64,000 bases of DNA from Callorhinchus milii (Eukaryota). Positions 36,025 to 48,499 of this stretch are shown here, piece by piece. Location of the stretch: the NCBI RefSeq assembly GCF_018977255.1, contig NW_024704742.1:61072001-61136000 (forward strand). Direction: 5' to 3'. Position 1 is the first letter of the stretch; each line of letters starts with the position of its first letter. The position numbers and the translations under genes were made by a program. The notes beneath the pieces were generated by a model. It searched no databases, was not told where the DNA came from, and saw only the letters and a program-made list of their open reading frames with translations.

Positions 36025-37758
36025 TATGTGGTTTTAACTAGTTAAACTCCAGCAGTACCCTGAACATATACTCTGGGTTCTTCAAGCCCGGGCTCTTGGT
36101 ATCCTGCACCCAATACTGTCGAATTAGGATGCCGGATGGGTCCCTTGTGGAGAAAGCACATTGCATTTTAAACACAAGAATTTCCATGTGCATGCAGCAT
36201 GCAGGGAACTATCAGATTTAGGTGCTCTAAAGCATGGTGATGAGTCTCTGCATGTACCATACACCTCGACAATCTAGACTAGCCTAACTGATCTAGACCG
36301 GAATCAAACTTGTGACCTCAGGTCTTTAGGGGTTAATGTTGTACCAAGTGGGGCTTGTAACCACTGGGTCTTTGGAGTGTTACCATATCAAGAAGACCAT
36401 TCAAGTATGTACTTCACGTTATCTGCTTAAGCGGAGAAGCAATTTATTTCCCTCTTGCAGGTCTGAATGAAAACCTTCCAATTGGGAATTGCAGACTAAT
36501 TTAACTCAGTTGACTGAGTGTGCATCATTTCACAGCAGAGCTGTTGCTGTTTATGATCAATTTTGGCGTCTCGTTGTGCCATAGTTGTTTTATTGTTTAA
36601 TGCCTTCCGGATGGGATCTATTGAATGCATGTCAAAAGTGGTATGAAACAAAAGAAAAATGAAAGAAATTGAAATCGGTTTTTTGCCCGCTCAAAGGGTG
36701 TCTCTTGTTGATTTGATTGCGTTGCACACTGCAGTATCGTACTCTGGAATTCTGCATTATTCAACAACAGCTTGTATTTATATATTCCAGTTGGCAAAGG
36801 ATAAAGTAGTATGAAATCATCAGGGAATGTTACCCAATCATCCTTTTTTAAGGACCATTAAAGTTTTCTTTTATCCACAAAATATGAATCTGAGTTTTCT
36901 CTTGAGAACTGGATTTGTCAAGAATCTGGAGAAACTTGAGGGAGTGGGAAGGAGAAAGTTGATGCAAAGTATGCAGTTAAATTCAATCAAAATTGGTAAT
37001 TATCAGCCACTCATTTGCATTTCTTGCCCATGTAAAAAGTCAGAGGAGATCTCCATCACATTTTTCACTCGCTGTTTCTTTTATTCAAGCAGCTGCTTCA
37101 TTCTCAGATTTTTACCTAAGAATGCGAGTGATTTCTGGTGTCAACAACCATCCTGAAAATCTTGCATGTTGATTATGTACACACTGAAATTATCTACATG
37201 GTTCATTATCTGGGAGTGTGCACATCAATTGGGAGGGCTGTGATTCAGAAGCCGCAAATTCAATTAATTTGTATTGTGACATTACTAAACGATCACAAGA
37301 TCAATTCAGTTAAAGAAAGCATTTTGGCCCATCTAGTCTCATGCTTCTAAAATACTCACGTTAATGTACAATAGCATCAAGCATTTTTTTTCACATAGGT
37401 CCTGTGTCCTGGCCTCAACCTCCCTCCCTGATGGCCTGTTCATCAGTATTTACCTCCTGGTTTCTGTCTTGAAATTGCCCCTTAACTATAAACCCGCATC
37501 ATTTTGTTCTGCTGTCTTGGTACATTCTAAAGTATTGTTCTGGGTTTACTTTTTCAATCCTATTTTAAAAGGTTTAATTTATAGAGGTGCATAACACAGT
37601 ATGTAAAGTGCTCATTCTGGATATGTCCAGGAATAACTTAATTCTTGAAAAAGAAATAAGCTATTATTGTCCTAGCCTTTTTCAAGCTCCTGATTAGTCA
37701 GTCAGCTAGTTCCTGTCCAATGATTTAAAAGTGAGGCTTGTTAAGTCATAAATACAAA

Positions 37759-38504
37759 TAATAATAATAATAATCCTTGAATTTGGCATAGCACTTTTCA
37801 CATCTTCTTGATGTCTCAAAACGCTTCACCTTATACTGTAAAGTGAATTGACTGTATAGTTATGAGCGAAACGCGGCAGCCAATTGTGCACAGCAGTGTC
37901 CCACAAACAGTCGTGGATTGAGTGACCAAATTATTATTGATTTTTTTGTTTTTTTTGACTAACTATTATCCCAGGAAAAGTGATTCACCAATCGACTAAC
38001 AACTGGTCTCCAACTTACTGCTAATTAAACAGAGACTTGTGGAGTGAGGAAACTTGCCCAACATTTCGCCCTTTCAGGAATCTAGCCCAGCTGTCTCGCT
38101 TGCGAGGTGATAACAACAACTTGGATTTATATTGCGCCCTCCATGCTGGACGGCGTCTCAGAGCGCTTCACAGTAATGGATCCCGGGGCCGAGCCAGGGG
38201 GAGGGGGAGGAAGGTGACCAAAGGAGCGGTCGAAAAGAATGGTCTTCAGCCGAGACCTGAAAGTAGGAAGAGAGGAGGTGAGGCGAAGGGAGTGAAGAAA
38301 AGAGTTCCAGAGCTTCGGGGCATAGTGGCTGAAGGCACGGCTGCCGATGATGGAGCGGAGGATTCGGGGGACAAGGAGGAGGCCAGACCCGGTGGAACGA
38401 AAGCAACGGGCACTGTTGTGAGGAGAGAGGTAGTCAAAGTAGTAGAGGGGTGCAGAGGAGTGTAGGGATTTGAAGATAGCTCTAACCACTGAGCTACAGG
38501 ACTC
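37759..38504 (-). mobile_element. Long-subfamily SINE split by an L2 insertion in its tRNA head
   Basis: SINE body 37759-38110; head remainder gctctaaccactgagctacaggactcc at 38479-38505. Confidence 0.88.
38109..38478 (-). mobile_element. L2 LINE family B 3' fragment nested in SINE
   Basis: (AAC)n tail; revcomp FKSLH...GSRAFSHYAPKLWNS..RLKTILF; near match to 60520-60884. Confidence 0.9.
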
Positions 38505-38873
38505 CACTAGAGTCAAAATAACTGGAACACAAATGTTTTTAAAGGTGATCAGAATGGTTTGTAGTGTTTTCTTTTGAGAAATGATTGGTAAACTATTTCA
38601 GCGGCTTTATAGTATGAACACTTAGTCCTGCCTTTTATTTTATTGAAGACTTGCAAACTTTTTTGTGCATGATCCTGCAGAATGACCACATTACCAGCAT
38701 TGAAGCACTGAGATGTAAGGGTTGGTGTGTCGGCCTAGACTATAAGACTAATTCCCAATGATTTGAACCCACAAGTCCCACTTTGAGAATTAGCCAAACA
38801 GTCTAGGCCAGGATACTCCAACCTTTTGTAGCTGAGGGCCGGATGCCCGATGTTGATCCAACATGCCTTGTAA

Positions 38874-39298
38874 GGTGTCAGGATGGCTTAGTTGGTAGCA
38901 CTTGTGCTTCTGAATCTGACAGTTATGGGGTTCCAGCCCCATGTTAGGACTTTGAGCTTGTGACATTGGACTGACAGTACTTTGTAATGCTGGTGGAGCA
39001 CTGCATTGACAGAGGTGCTGTGCTTTGGACGGGATGCTAAACTGAGGTCTTGTCTCTCTGTTCAGATGGATGTTAAGGATCCTGTGGCACTACTGGAAAA
39101 TAGTTTATTCCAATTTCCTGGCCAATAGTCCCCAGATAAAATTGGTCACTCATTTTATGGCTTTCTGTGGGACATTGCTATGCACAAATTGACTGCCGCA
39201 TTTGTCTGCAGATCCAGTCACTACACTTTACAGTCAATTCTTTGAATTGCTTTGAGACATTTTGACCATGTGGTAAGGCACTATGAAATGCAAATGTT
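38874..39298 (+). mobile_element. DeuSINE (SacSINE1-like), essentially full length
   Basis: tRNA-like head ggtgtcaggatggcttagttggtagcact, Deu domain ttcagatggatgttaaggatcctgtggcacta, gtgggacattgctatgcacaaattgactgccg, L2-like tail. Confidence 0.85.
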
Positions 39299-39639
39299 TT
39301 TTATATTTCTGTTCCATGGAATCTATTATTGCACCAATTGTACACTACTATGTATTATGTTTGTCCCTCAAAGCTGCAGCTATAAGTGGCAGCTCAGGTT
39401 GCTAAATTTAAATCTTTTTAGGCAGTAAATGTATAAAGTCTATTATGATGGGGATTTTTTTTAAAAGGAAGTTTTGTTCTTGAATGGTTTTGAAAACATT
39501 GAACATGTATTGCTGAACAGCAATATGCAGGGAAAGTGTAGCACAGGAAAACAAGATAAACTGTACTGGACCGTAGCTGCCAAGATTAACTTGATGTGGT
39601 TTCAGCACATGCTGATTCGCTGTACTCTGCTCTAAGCCT

Positions 39640-40834
39640 CTTATGTGGTACTTTATTTATGTTAAAGATTATAGCAGACGGAATTAAGGGACATACTGTT
39701 GCATTGATAGAGAGACGGTTAGAGGGTGGAAAGAAAAGAGTCCTGGTAAAGGGAAATTTCTTAAACTGAGATGATAATACAGTTGAATTGTACAGTTTTA
39801 AAAAAATCTGCAGTTTACGAAATACAATTCCGATATGACCACTGCTCTTCTTAATATACATAAATGATCTGGACTTGGGTATAGCAAGTACCATTTCCAA
39901 GTTTGCGGACGACACAAAGTTAGGTAGTGTGGTAAACAGTGAGAAGGATAGTAGCCAACTGCAGGAAGACATAGACAGAATGGTAAAATGGGCAGACACA
40001 TGGCAGATGAATTTCAATGTAGAGAAATGTGAAGTAATACATTTTGGTAAGAAGAATGAGGGGAAGCAATACAGGCTGGTAATACAATCTTAAAGGGGGT
40101 AAAAGAACAGAGAAACCTGGGGGTGCAGGTAAATGAATCATTGAAGGTGGCAGGATAGGTAGATAAGGCTGTAAAAAGGGTAAATGGGATTCTAGGCTTT
40201 ATAAATAGGGGCATATAGTACAAGAGTCAGGAGGTTATGATTAACCTATATAAAACACTAGTTAGGCCTCAGTTAGAATACTGCACCCAGTTCTGGGCAC
40301 CACACTATAGGAAGGATGTTAAGGCATTGGAAAGGGTGCAGAGGAGATTTACGAGGATGGTACCAGGAATGAGGGACCTTGATTATGAGGAAAGACTGGA
40401 GAGGTTAGGATTATTCTCATTGAAGCAGAGAAGGTTACGAGGAGACCTAATAGAGGTCTTCAAAATCATGAGGGAATTTGATAGGTTAGAAAGGGAAAAA
40501 ACGTTTCCACTGGTGGATGTGTTGGTGACTCGAGGTCACAGATTCAAAATAGTCTCTAAAAGAAGCAGAGGGGAGGTGAGAAGAATTTTTTTTCACGCAG
40601 CGAGTTGTTTGAATCTGGAACGCATTACCTGAAAGGGTGGTCGAGGCTGATTCGATAACTACTTTTAAAAACGCGGTGGACTGGTATTTGAGGAGGACGG
40701 GTTTGCAGGGTTATGGGGAAAGGGCTGAGGAGTGGGATTGACATTAATTGCTCTATTCAAAGAGCCGGCACAAACTCGATGGGCCGAATGGCCTCTTTTT
40801 GTGCTGTACAATTCTATGATTCTATAATTCTATG
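39640..40834 (+). mobile_element. CR1 LINE, 5'-truncated, relatively young
   Basis: ISKFADDTKLG, WQMNFNVEKCEVIHFG; ORF 40237-40632 LYKTLVRPQLEYC..W.PH...TRGHRFKI; ends (TTCTATGA)n. Confidence 0.95.
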
Positions 40835-41329
40835 AAGTGAGTCTTAATAAATTGACAAATGCAGCAGCAATGTCCTATAAATAGCAATGATATGAGTTAT
40901 CAATTAATTTGAATTTGTCTTAAATTTGGATTAGGAATCAAATGTAACACCAGATAATTGTGAGAAAGACAACATTTTTCTTTGAAAGAGCAATAACAAT
41001 TGACCCTTTACACTCATTTGAATGGCAAAACAACTGGAAGCTAAAATTAATAATAAAATCAAAAAATGGGATGACTTGGAAATAAAAAAATACAAAATAG
41101 AACATTTTATGGGCTAACATGGCAATCAATCTGATTGTGAGACGTTGCTGCCTCAAACAGTGAATGTGAAGCTAAAGGAAAAAAATCAAAGGAAGAAGAG
41201 AAAAGAAAAAAATATATAACTGAAGACAGAAAGATGGTGAGTTTGAAATTGGGCAGCAGCAAATACATGGATGTGGAGAAGACTGGAGGCCTAAATTTGG
41301 TGTGGTCCTTCTGTGGTTTCTATATTTCT

Positions 41330-42222
41330 TGGTATACTTAATGGTGGTCCACAAAGGTCTATGTTGTGGCCACTCTTATTTATTCAATGCATTATTTTTT
41401 ATGTGGGAAATGAGAGAACAACATTGACATTTGCTGGTACAATGTAGATGGCATAGCAAATTATGTTGGGTTTGTAAAACACTGCAGGAGGTTATAGACA
41501 TTTATTAGGGAGGGCAGATAGATAGCAGTTCAATGCCGAAAATTATGAAGTAGGAATTGGGCAAAGAAATACCTTAAATAGTTAAATTTCAAATGTAGTC
41601 GAGGAACAGAAGGATAACATAGGTAGATACGGTCATAAAAAAGGGAACTGAATCCTTTTGCTTTACATCCAGAGGCACAGATATCAAAAACAAGCAGGTA
41701 ATGATGAACTTGTACAAGATCTTGGTTAGGCTATGTTGAGTATTGTGTACAGCTTTGGATGCTTTTTTACGAAAATTATTGTAAAGGCAAAGTTAGAAGC
41801 AAATCTTAACATTGAGGGTGGTTTAAATAAAAGTTAAATTCTATCCCACAAAACTATGAGTCAGAGTTCATGAGCTCTTTTAAAAAGGAATTAAACAATT
41901 CATGATGAATAACAGTATTTGAAAGCCTAGGGTGTGAGTAGAAGAATGGGATTAGATTAGGTGGCTCGTGTTGGAGGAGCTCCCTCCCTTCCCATTTTCA
42001 GTTCCCTGCTGAATACCTTTTTTTCCGACCATGCCTTTGGTCACCTTCCTCCCCCTCCCCCTGGCTCGGTCCTGGGATCCATTACTGTAAAGCGCTCTGA
42101 GACGCCATCCGGCGTGGAAGGCGCTATATAAATCCAAGTTGTTGTCATCGTGTGAAGAAACAATACTACAGAATTGCTGGGCTGAATTACCTGTTTCTGT
42201 GCCTTAACATTCTCTGATTCTC
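41330..42222 (+). mobile_element. Old degraded CR1 with an L2 family B tail (41985-42145) inserted near its 3' end
   Basis: Decayed RT motifs (atgaacttgtacaagatcttggttagg); CR1 terminus gggctgaattacctgtttctgtg...ttctctgattct after the L2 tail. Confidence 0.65.
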
Positions 42223-43214
42223 AATCCAGGCCACGACAATCTATTCAGGCTCTGAGCTTCAAAGAACTTGTTTCTCCAAATGATATTACAGCAAATGATT
42301 TTGTAATAACATCAAATACTCCTAATTAGAGCTGTGTGAATGTGCTTAGTCGCACTTGTGCAAAGCTCTCTTCAGTCCCTGGTAATGCGATTAGGAGCAG
42401 GAAATGTAAATCGGGTGCACTACTCCCAATCACCTTATTCCTGAAGAAATGTGTCTAGCAATATAAACACAGTGGGGAAATGTTAAGTGTTTCAAAGATG
42501 GGAATTGAAATACATTTATTGCTGAACAATATGAGATTCTGAAACTTTTGCAGGTGAACTGGGATTCTTCTAATCTGTTTGGTGAATGATGACTCTTGAG
42601 AGAATGTTTTTCCTTTCATTACATGGGGCACTGAGGGACTTGCAGCATCTCAGATGAGATCAGGTGTAAACCTCAGACCTTCCGCCTGTGTAGCCAACAT
42701 TGATCAGACAGTGGAATCATCTCGAACATTTGAATCCCCTTTTCTACATTCTTTATTGATGCTCAGTTTACTGCAGATGCAGACTAATGCACCATTCTTA
42801 AACTGAACAAAAGAGTGCTTTATGATTTGCTTCTACAATAGTTGTTTGCTACTAAGCATATTACTTTGTTCTTCCTCATAACTGAATACCAGTTCACCAA
42901 AAATGAAGACAAATTTAAGCTATATTGGGCAAGGACCAGGTAAAGACTCTCCTAAAATATCACATCTATGACTAATCCCAGTTTGTCTTCTACAAATACA
43001 CAACTACCATTGTGATTCAATTTAAGTGAAATGTGAATTTTCAGAGCTATGGCATACATGTCTCTGCTGGTGAATCTGAAATTAGTGGACCTGGAACATG
43101 CTAAATAAGTGGGTTTTAATTTCATCAGCTGGAAACCTATCACCACATTTAAGTTCCCAAACCAGACTGAAAATTCCCCAAACGCATGGGCGTTTCCCTG
43201 TGTTTGGAATGGAA

Positions 43215-43475
43215 TGCACACTTACTTCCAGGAGGGATGGCCCCTGGTTACCTAATTCTGGAAATTATTAAGTTCAGGTTGGTGAGAAATGAAAGTTGGG
43301 AACCTCAGAGTGTCCTTTGGGGTATAATGCTGGCGTTTAACCAACTAAAACTGCATAGCTTTCCATTGAGAGTACTGTCTGGTATGTTTCCTGCTGCTCG
43401 TCCAATTAGGACCATCTTACTCGTTAAGGGTTTGGTTTGTAGGATTAACAGCCCGAGTGACTGGTCTGCACCTCC
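43215..43475 (-). repeat. Family U repeat, inverted copy
   Basis: Reverse complement matches 44690-44940 (ctgttaatcctacaaaccaaaccc; tcaatggaaagctatgcagttttagttggtta; gaattaggtaacca). Confidence 0.8.
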
Positions 43476-44449
43476 AAGTCCTCCCACAAGGAGGGAAGTC
43501 ACAAGTTGGTACCTGATAAGTGCACATTTGAGCTGGATACTGGGGTGCCAGCAAGAAGTGTGTGAGAGCATTGCTATAATTCTCGACCTGAGTTGAGCAA
43601 TGGCTCTACCAGTTGCAAATGTGGAGCTTCAGCAGCAGTTGCTTACCCCGTTGTACACCAATCAAAGTGCAATTCATTTTACAGTATATTCTGTGAATTG
43701 CTTTGAGACATCTTGAAGATGTGATAAAGGGCTATATGAAATGTAAGGATTATTATTATTAACTATGTAGTTGATAAGTGGAAATGTATGCTCATTGTCT
43801 TTGATTCTGAACTGATAATGCACATTAAATTCTCAACTGACTTTAATGTAGATAAATTTGAAATCTATTTGGTTAACTGCAATTGAATATCCATCATAAT
43901 AATAATAATCTGTGTATTTGATATAGAACCTTATCACGACTTTGAGACGTCTCAACGCGCTTTGAATCTTCTTTCATGCAGAAGATTGAATATAAATTGA
44001 GTATTATGGGCACATTGATCTGAAATGAATAAATTTCATGCATTGAAATACGGTAGTACAAAATACATGTCTAAAACTAAAGTTTGAGCCAAATACTTTA
44101 GTTGTTATGATGCAGCTGTTCATCGCTGTTGTGCTTGGGTTGCTGTCAATTTTAGGTGACTTCATTGGGAATCCTTGACACTATCACTTCAACAGAGTAA
44201 ATTATAACAATAAAGCTGTAAGTCTACCAAGCATTATATGGAAGAAAAACCCTTCTTTCAAATGTATATTTCACAACTAACCCTTCCCAAAAAGGGTTAG
44301 GGTTCAAATAACTCGAAGAACAATGTTGAAACTAAACTATGTTGTGGGTGGATTGCTTCTGTATTACACCAAAGGAGTGCTGGTATTCAAAAGGTTGAAA
44401 GAATATTATGCAGAGAGTATAACTGACATTCACATTTCCATGGAGCAAC

Positions 44450-44940
44450 TGATAATGCTATCCTCCTGGTGGGGAGGTAAGCGGCACCTCCTTGGAGCTG
44501 AACTGGCTCCGAGGTGACATGCCTGATGATGGAATGTGGGAATCGACCCAGCCATCTGCGTCAGTCTTGGTAGTGCAGTTCCTGAGCCAAGTGTGTCCAC
44601 AGTATTCCAGGGCATTGCTGATGACAGCACAGCCAGTCAGGCTCATCAGCAGGACTTGGAAGGGCAAACCAGTTACTGGGGGCAGGGAGTCATCCCACTC
44701 AGCTCCTGTTAACCCTACAAACCAAAGCCCTAACGGGTAGGGTGGTCCTAGCAGGACAAACAGCGGCAAGCTTACCAGATAGCAATGTCAATGGCAACTG
44801 TGTGGTTTTAGATGGTTAGACACCAGCAGTTACTCCAACACCCACTCTGATGTCCCCAAGCCTTGGCTCTTGACAGCCTGTTCCTGATACTTTCTGGAAT
44901 AAGGTAAGCAGGATGTTTTCCTCTGGAGAGAGTGTGCACG
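44450..44940 (+). repeat. Family U repeat, longest copy
   Basis: Joins the segments seen separately at 22885-23010, 12196-12466, 36028-36090 and (inverted) 43215-43475. Confidence 0.85.
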
Positions 44941-45354
44941 TTACAGTCCAACAATCTACCTCTGGGATTTCCAGGAGTAGGTGGGATGTATGGAAATCTC
45001 ATCTTGGTTTGGATACTCTTAAACATGGTGGTGGGTTTCCGCATGTGTCAGACACCCGGCTGCATCGCCACCCCACCCCCACCACCCAAGGAAAAACGTA
45101 TCACGTTGGCCGTATTAGAGCAGATTGTAGGTTTAAAACTCTAAAAAAAAAATGATGTTTTTTCAATTCATGGGATTCAAATAGTTAAAGCCCTTTTTAA
45201 AATCCAAGTTGAATAAGCACATTTTGAAGCAGTTATTACAAGGTTAGTTACGGCAACATTCACCTTATTTTATTACCTTCCCTGGAGTTATTGGAATTAC
45301 ATTTTCATAGCTTTATGCCTTTTAAGTGTCTTGAGCATTGATAATGAGGGTTCT

Positions 45355-45725
45355 GTTATGACTCAGTTGCTATCACTGTCAACTGAATCAGAATGTTGTA
45401 AATTGAAGCCTGATAGTAGGATTTTGAGATCATAGTTCAGCTGACACTTGGGGAGTGCAGCATTGTTGGAGGCAGCATCTTTTGGATAAGTTGTTAAACC
45501 AAGGTACCATTTATCAGTTCTGGTGCACATTGAACATCATGTGGCACAGTCCAAAAAGAGAAGGGAGTTTCTCCTGGTGCTAGTCATTCACCTAATGGAT
45601 GCTTATTGGACCTTGCTGTGTGCAAATTGGCTGCTGTATTCATCTGTAAATGCAGTCTATGCACTTTATAGTGAATTCTGTGAAGTGCATTGAGATATTC
45701 CATTGAAGTGAGTATGCCATATCAG
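45355..45725 (+). mobile_element. DeuSINE, degraded
   Basis: gggagtgcagcattgttggaggca...ttgctgtgtgcaaattggctgc...tgtgaagtgcattgaga. Confidence 0.7.
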
Positions 45726-46376
45726 AGGCATGAATTTTTTTTTGTACTTAAATGTTTGCCCAGTATTCAGAGTATTAATTCGCATAATACTCTGTACATG
45801 GATTTTTGTGCAAGCTAATATTTTACCTGCTTCTCTCACATGTTTTGTTTGGCAATTTTTTGCAATTTATTCTTTCAATATAATTTTCGTTTCATGTCAT
45901 TTTACATCTTTTAAATTTGAACATTTTTATTCCCATTAAGAAAATGAAATTTCTTTACAGCAGTTTGGTGTACCAGCAACACTGCATTATACAGTATTAG
46001 GATGTGGGGTTGTTCTCTACAATTCCTTGCATGCTGTTTTCTACTCAAAGCAACTGATGGAGTGGTAGTTGAGTGGAGAGAGAGGGGAGGAAGGAGGGAA
46101 TATTAGCAGGTGAGCCTTCCAAGTGTACCTGTCAAGTGTCTCCTGACTCGAAAGCTATAATATGGGTGCTACTCCTCGGTATTAAGCAAGAGTATGTTGA
46201 GATTCAAGAGGCTGAGAGATTGTTCTTTCTCTTCTTGTTAAAGGCCTTCTTTGACATATTGAGAGCCTGGTTTATCATTCACCCTAACCTATTTGTCATC
46301 AGGAGTCCTGTAGCTCAGTGGTTAAAGCACTGTTTATTGTTTCATTTCTGGTGAAATCTGCTACGCTATGAATGTT

Positions 46377-46834
46377 ACCACAATAAAACTCACAAGAGTC
46401 TTATCTTTATAAATCGCATAATCACCTAAGTCATACATTCACTCGAATCCTATTCAGTTTCCGATCAAAACCACTTAGATTTCTTTGCACTAGTCATGCA
46501 GACGGCTGTATTAAATCTCGGGAAATATAGTCTTATTCCATCAACGCATATGCAAAAGAACTTGATTTCCCAAGGTTCAATGCGATTACAACACTTGCAG
46601 GTAAGTGCACATGCGGCGATGGATCAAGACTCATGGAACCATGGGAAACCTAATCTTGACCTGTCAGCACATACACATGTATCGGCTGCATTGAATTACG
46701 CATGCAGTGTAGATTATTTATTTAGATCAGATTTTATACGACCTATACAAGCTTGTTTGTAACTTGGACTTCGCATAAGTCACATTAAATGTCATGGACT
46801 TGACTGATACGACTTACGTGAGTTTTGCTGTAGT
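46377..46834. mobile_element. Candidate MITE with ~29-bp imperfect TIRs
   Basis: Left accacaataaaactcacaagagtcttatc; right-end revcomp actacagcaaaactcacgtaagtcgtatc; interior CpG-richer than the flanks. Confidence 0.6.
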
Positions 46835-46913
46835 TTTCATCCATCCACTCACCTTCTCTCCTTGGCATGTGATGGATTTGATGATTCCTCCAAGGACACC
46901 TTAGTGATTAGCA

Positions 46914-46954
46914 AGTTAGACTGGTATTCTGTGTAGTAGAATACCAGTCTAACT
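46914..46954. repeat. Perfect 17-bp inverted repeat with 7-nt loop
   Basis: agttagactggtattct-gtgtagt-agaataccagtctaact. Confidence 0.95.
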
Positions 46955-48499
46955 GAATAATAATTATTGTTATATCGGTATACTAATATAATAATAATCA
47001 TCTTGCCCACAAAATACATAGTCAATCGACTTTACAATATATTCTGGGAAGCCCTTTGTGACATCTCAATGACATGATATCAAATGCAAGGATTATTATT
47101 AAACAAATTGCTACCCTATAAATCGTCATCTGAAAAGCAACTGCTGCTCAGCGGGAATCCAAAACAGTAGCTCAGAGAATTTTCAACCAACCTTATGGGC
47201 CACATTATTCGATGGTTGTAGAGGGGGTAATACAGCGAGAGTTATTTCAAAACATCTTTTAATTACATTTCTTAACTGAGAACAATTTTAGAAATGTTGT
47301 GCTGTTAAGTAGCTTTTTCATATCTCCAATCAGAAGAGCATGTACAAAACACAAAATACTGCAGATGCTTGTTTTTGTTTTTAGAAGAGCATGTACTTTA
47401 AGTAAGATTATGTACCTGGCAAAATTGGTCAAGACCAGTGTTTTTTCTTCTTCCTCCTCAACTCCAGTCTCCGCTGGAAGATTTCTAAATTAATTTGGGA
47501 ATCCAGCAGTGTCTCACCAGGCTCTGGTAATTCTGACAGGTTTGTGATGCCAGGTGATAGCTGTAATGTACTGGAGTACAATTAGTGTCAATAAAGGTGT
47601 TGTGATATAGACTTCATGATGTTGAACACTGTGCAATCAACACTTCTCTCCTTTGCTGTCAGTGTAAATGGGGGCAACTCTGATCTTATCAGTATAGCAT
47701 ACTTATTGATGAATATGATGCACTTCTCAGTGCAAATCTCTTTGTGTGTACTATGAATAACTACATTGTCATGAGCGTAACAGAAATACTGTAAAAAAGC
47801 ATGGCACTTGTTCTACACTGCACCTAGGTGTCCCAGGGGAACTTCAGTCAATCCACTTTGAATCTGAAATCTTCTTTCCCTGTCTCTATTTTATTCATTC
47901 TGTCTGATCTTTGTAATGGAGCCTTTACGAATATTCTGCGTTAAAAATTGCAAGCCTTTGTTTAAGCATATGCAGCGTTGAATTGGGTAGAGGGAGGCGT
48001 TGTGGAGGTGGGGAGGCAACAAAGGGATGAAATGGTTGGGGAGGTGTGTGTTTGGGAATCAGCACTATTTTATTGCTACTTAGACTGGAGTGAGTGCGTC
48101 ATTTGGCATCTTGAGCTTGTTAAGAGAACCTGTCTTTTGGTTGCTGTCGAAATAATATTGATTCCTTCTTTCATTCGTTTTCACGCTTTGCTTCATAGCC
48201 CTACTGGTGTCAGTAATTGTCAAAAGGAAATAATGGACAGAAAGGTTCTGAGGGAAGCAGACAAAATGAGTGCACTCTCCAGGTACTATCCACTTTCATC
48301 TCATTCCCTATTTCCATGTATGTCCAAGACGCTGAACTCCAATAAAACAATATTGGCTGGCAAGATCAGAACAGATACAGATTGGTGTTGTATACATTTC
48401 AAGGTTAACTGCCAATAAAATTTTTAATGAAAAGAAAAAATCAAACAGCAAAATCACAAGTTCAGATCAAGTCTGTTCAGCACATTTGACCTTGTTCTT

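Noticed and set aside
40237..40632. 131-aa ORF as a host gene
   Set aside because: C-terminal part of CR1 ORF2 in a frameshifted, truncated copy.
48233..48282. MDRKV.RE similarity to the harmonin (USH1C) N-terminus
   Set aside because: Similarity stops after eight residues (ADKM instead of FRHK), and I found no downstream harmonin exons.
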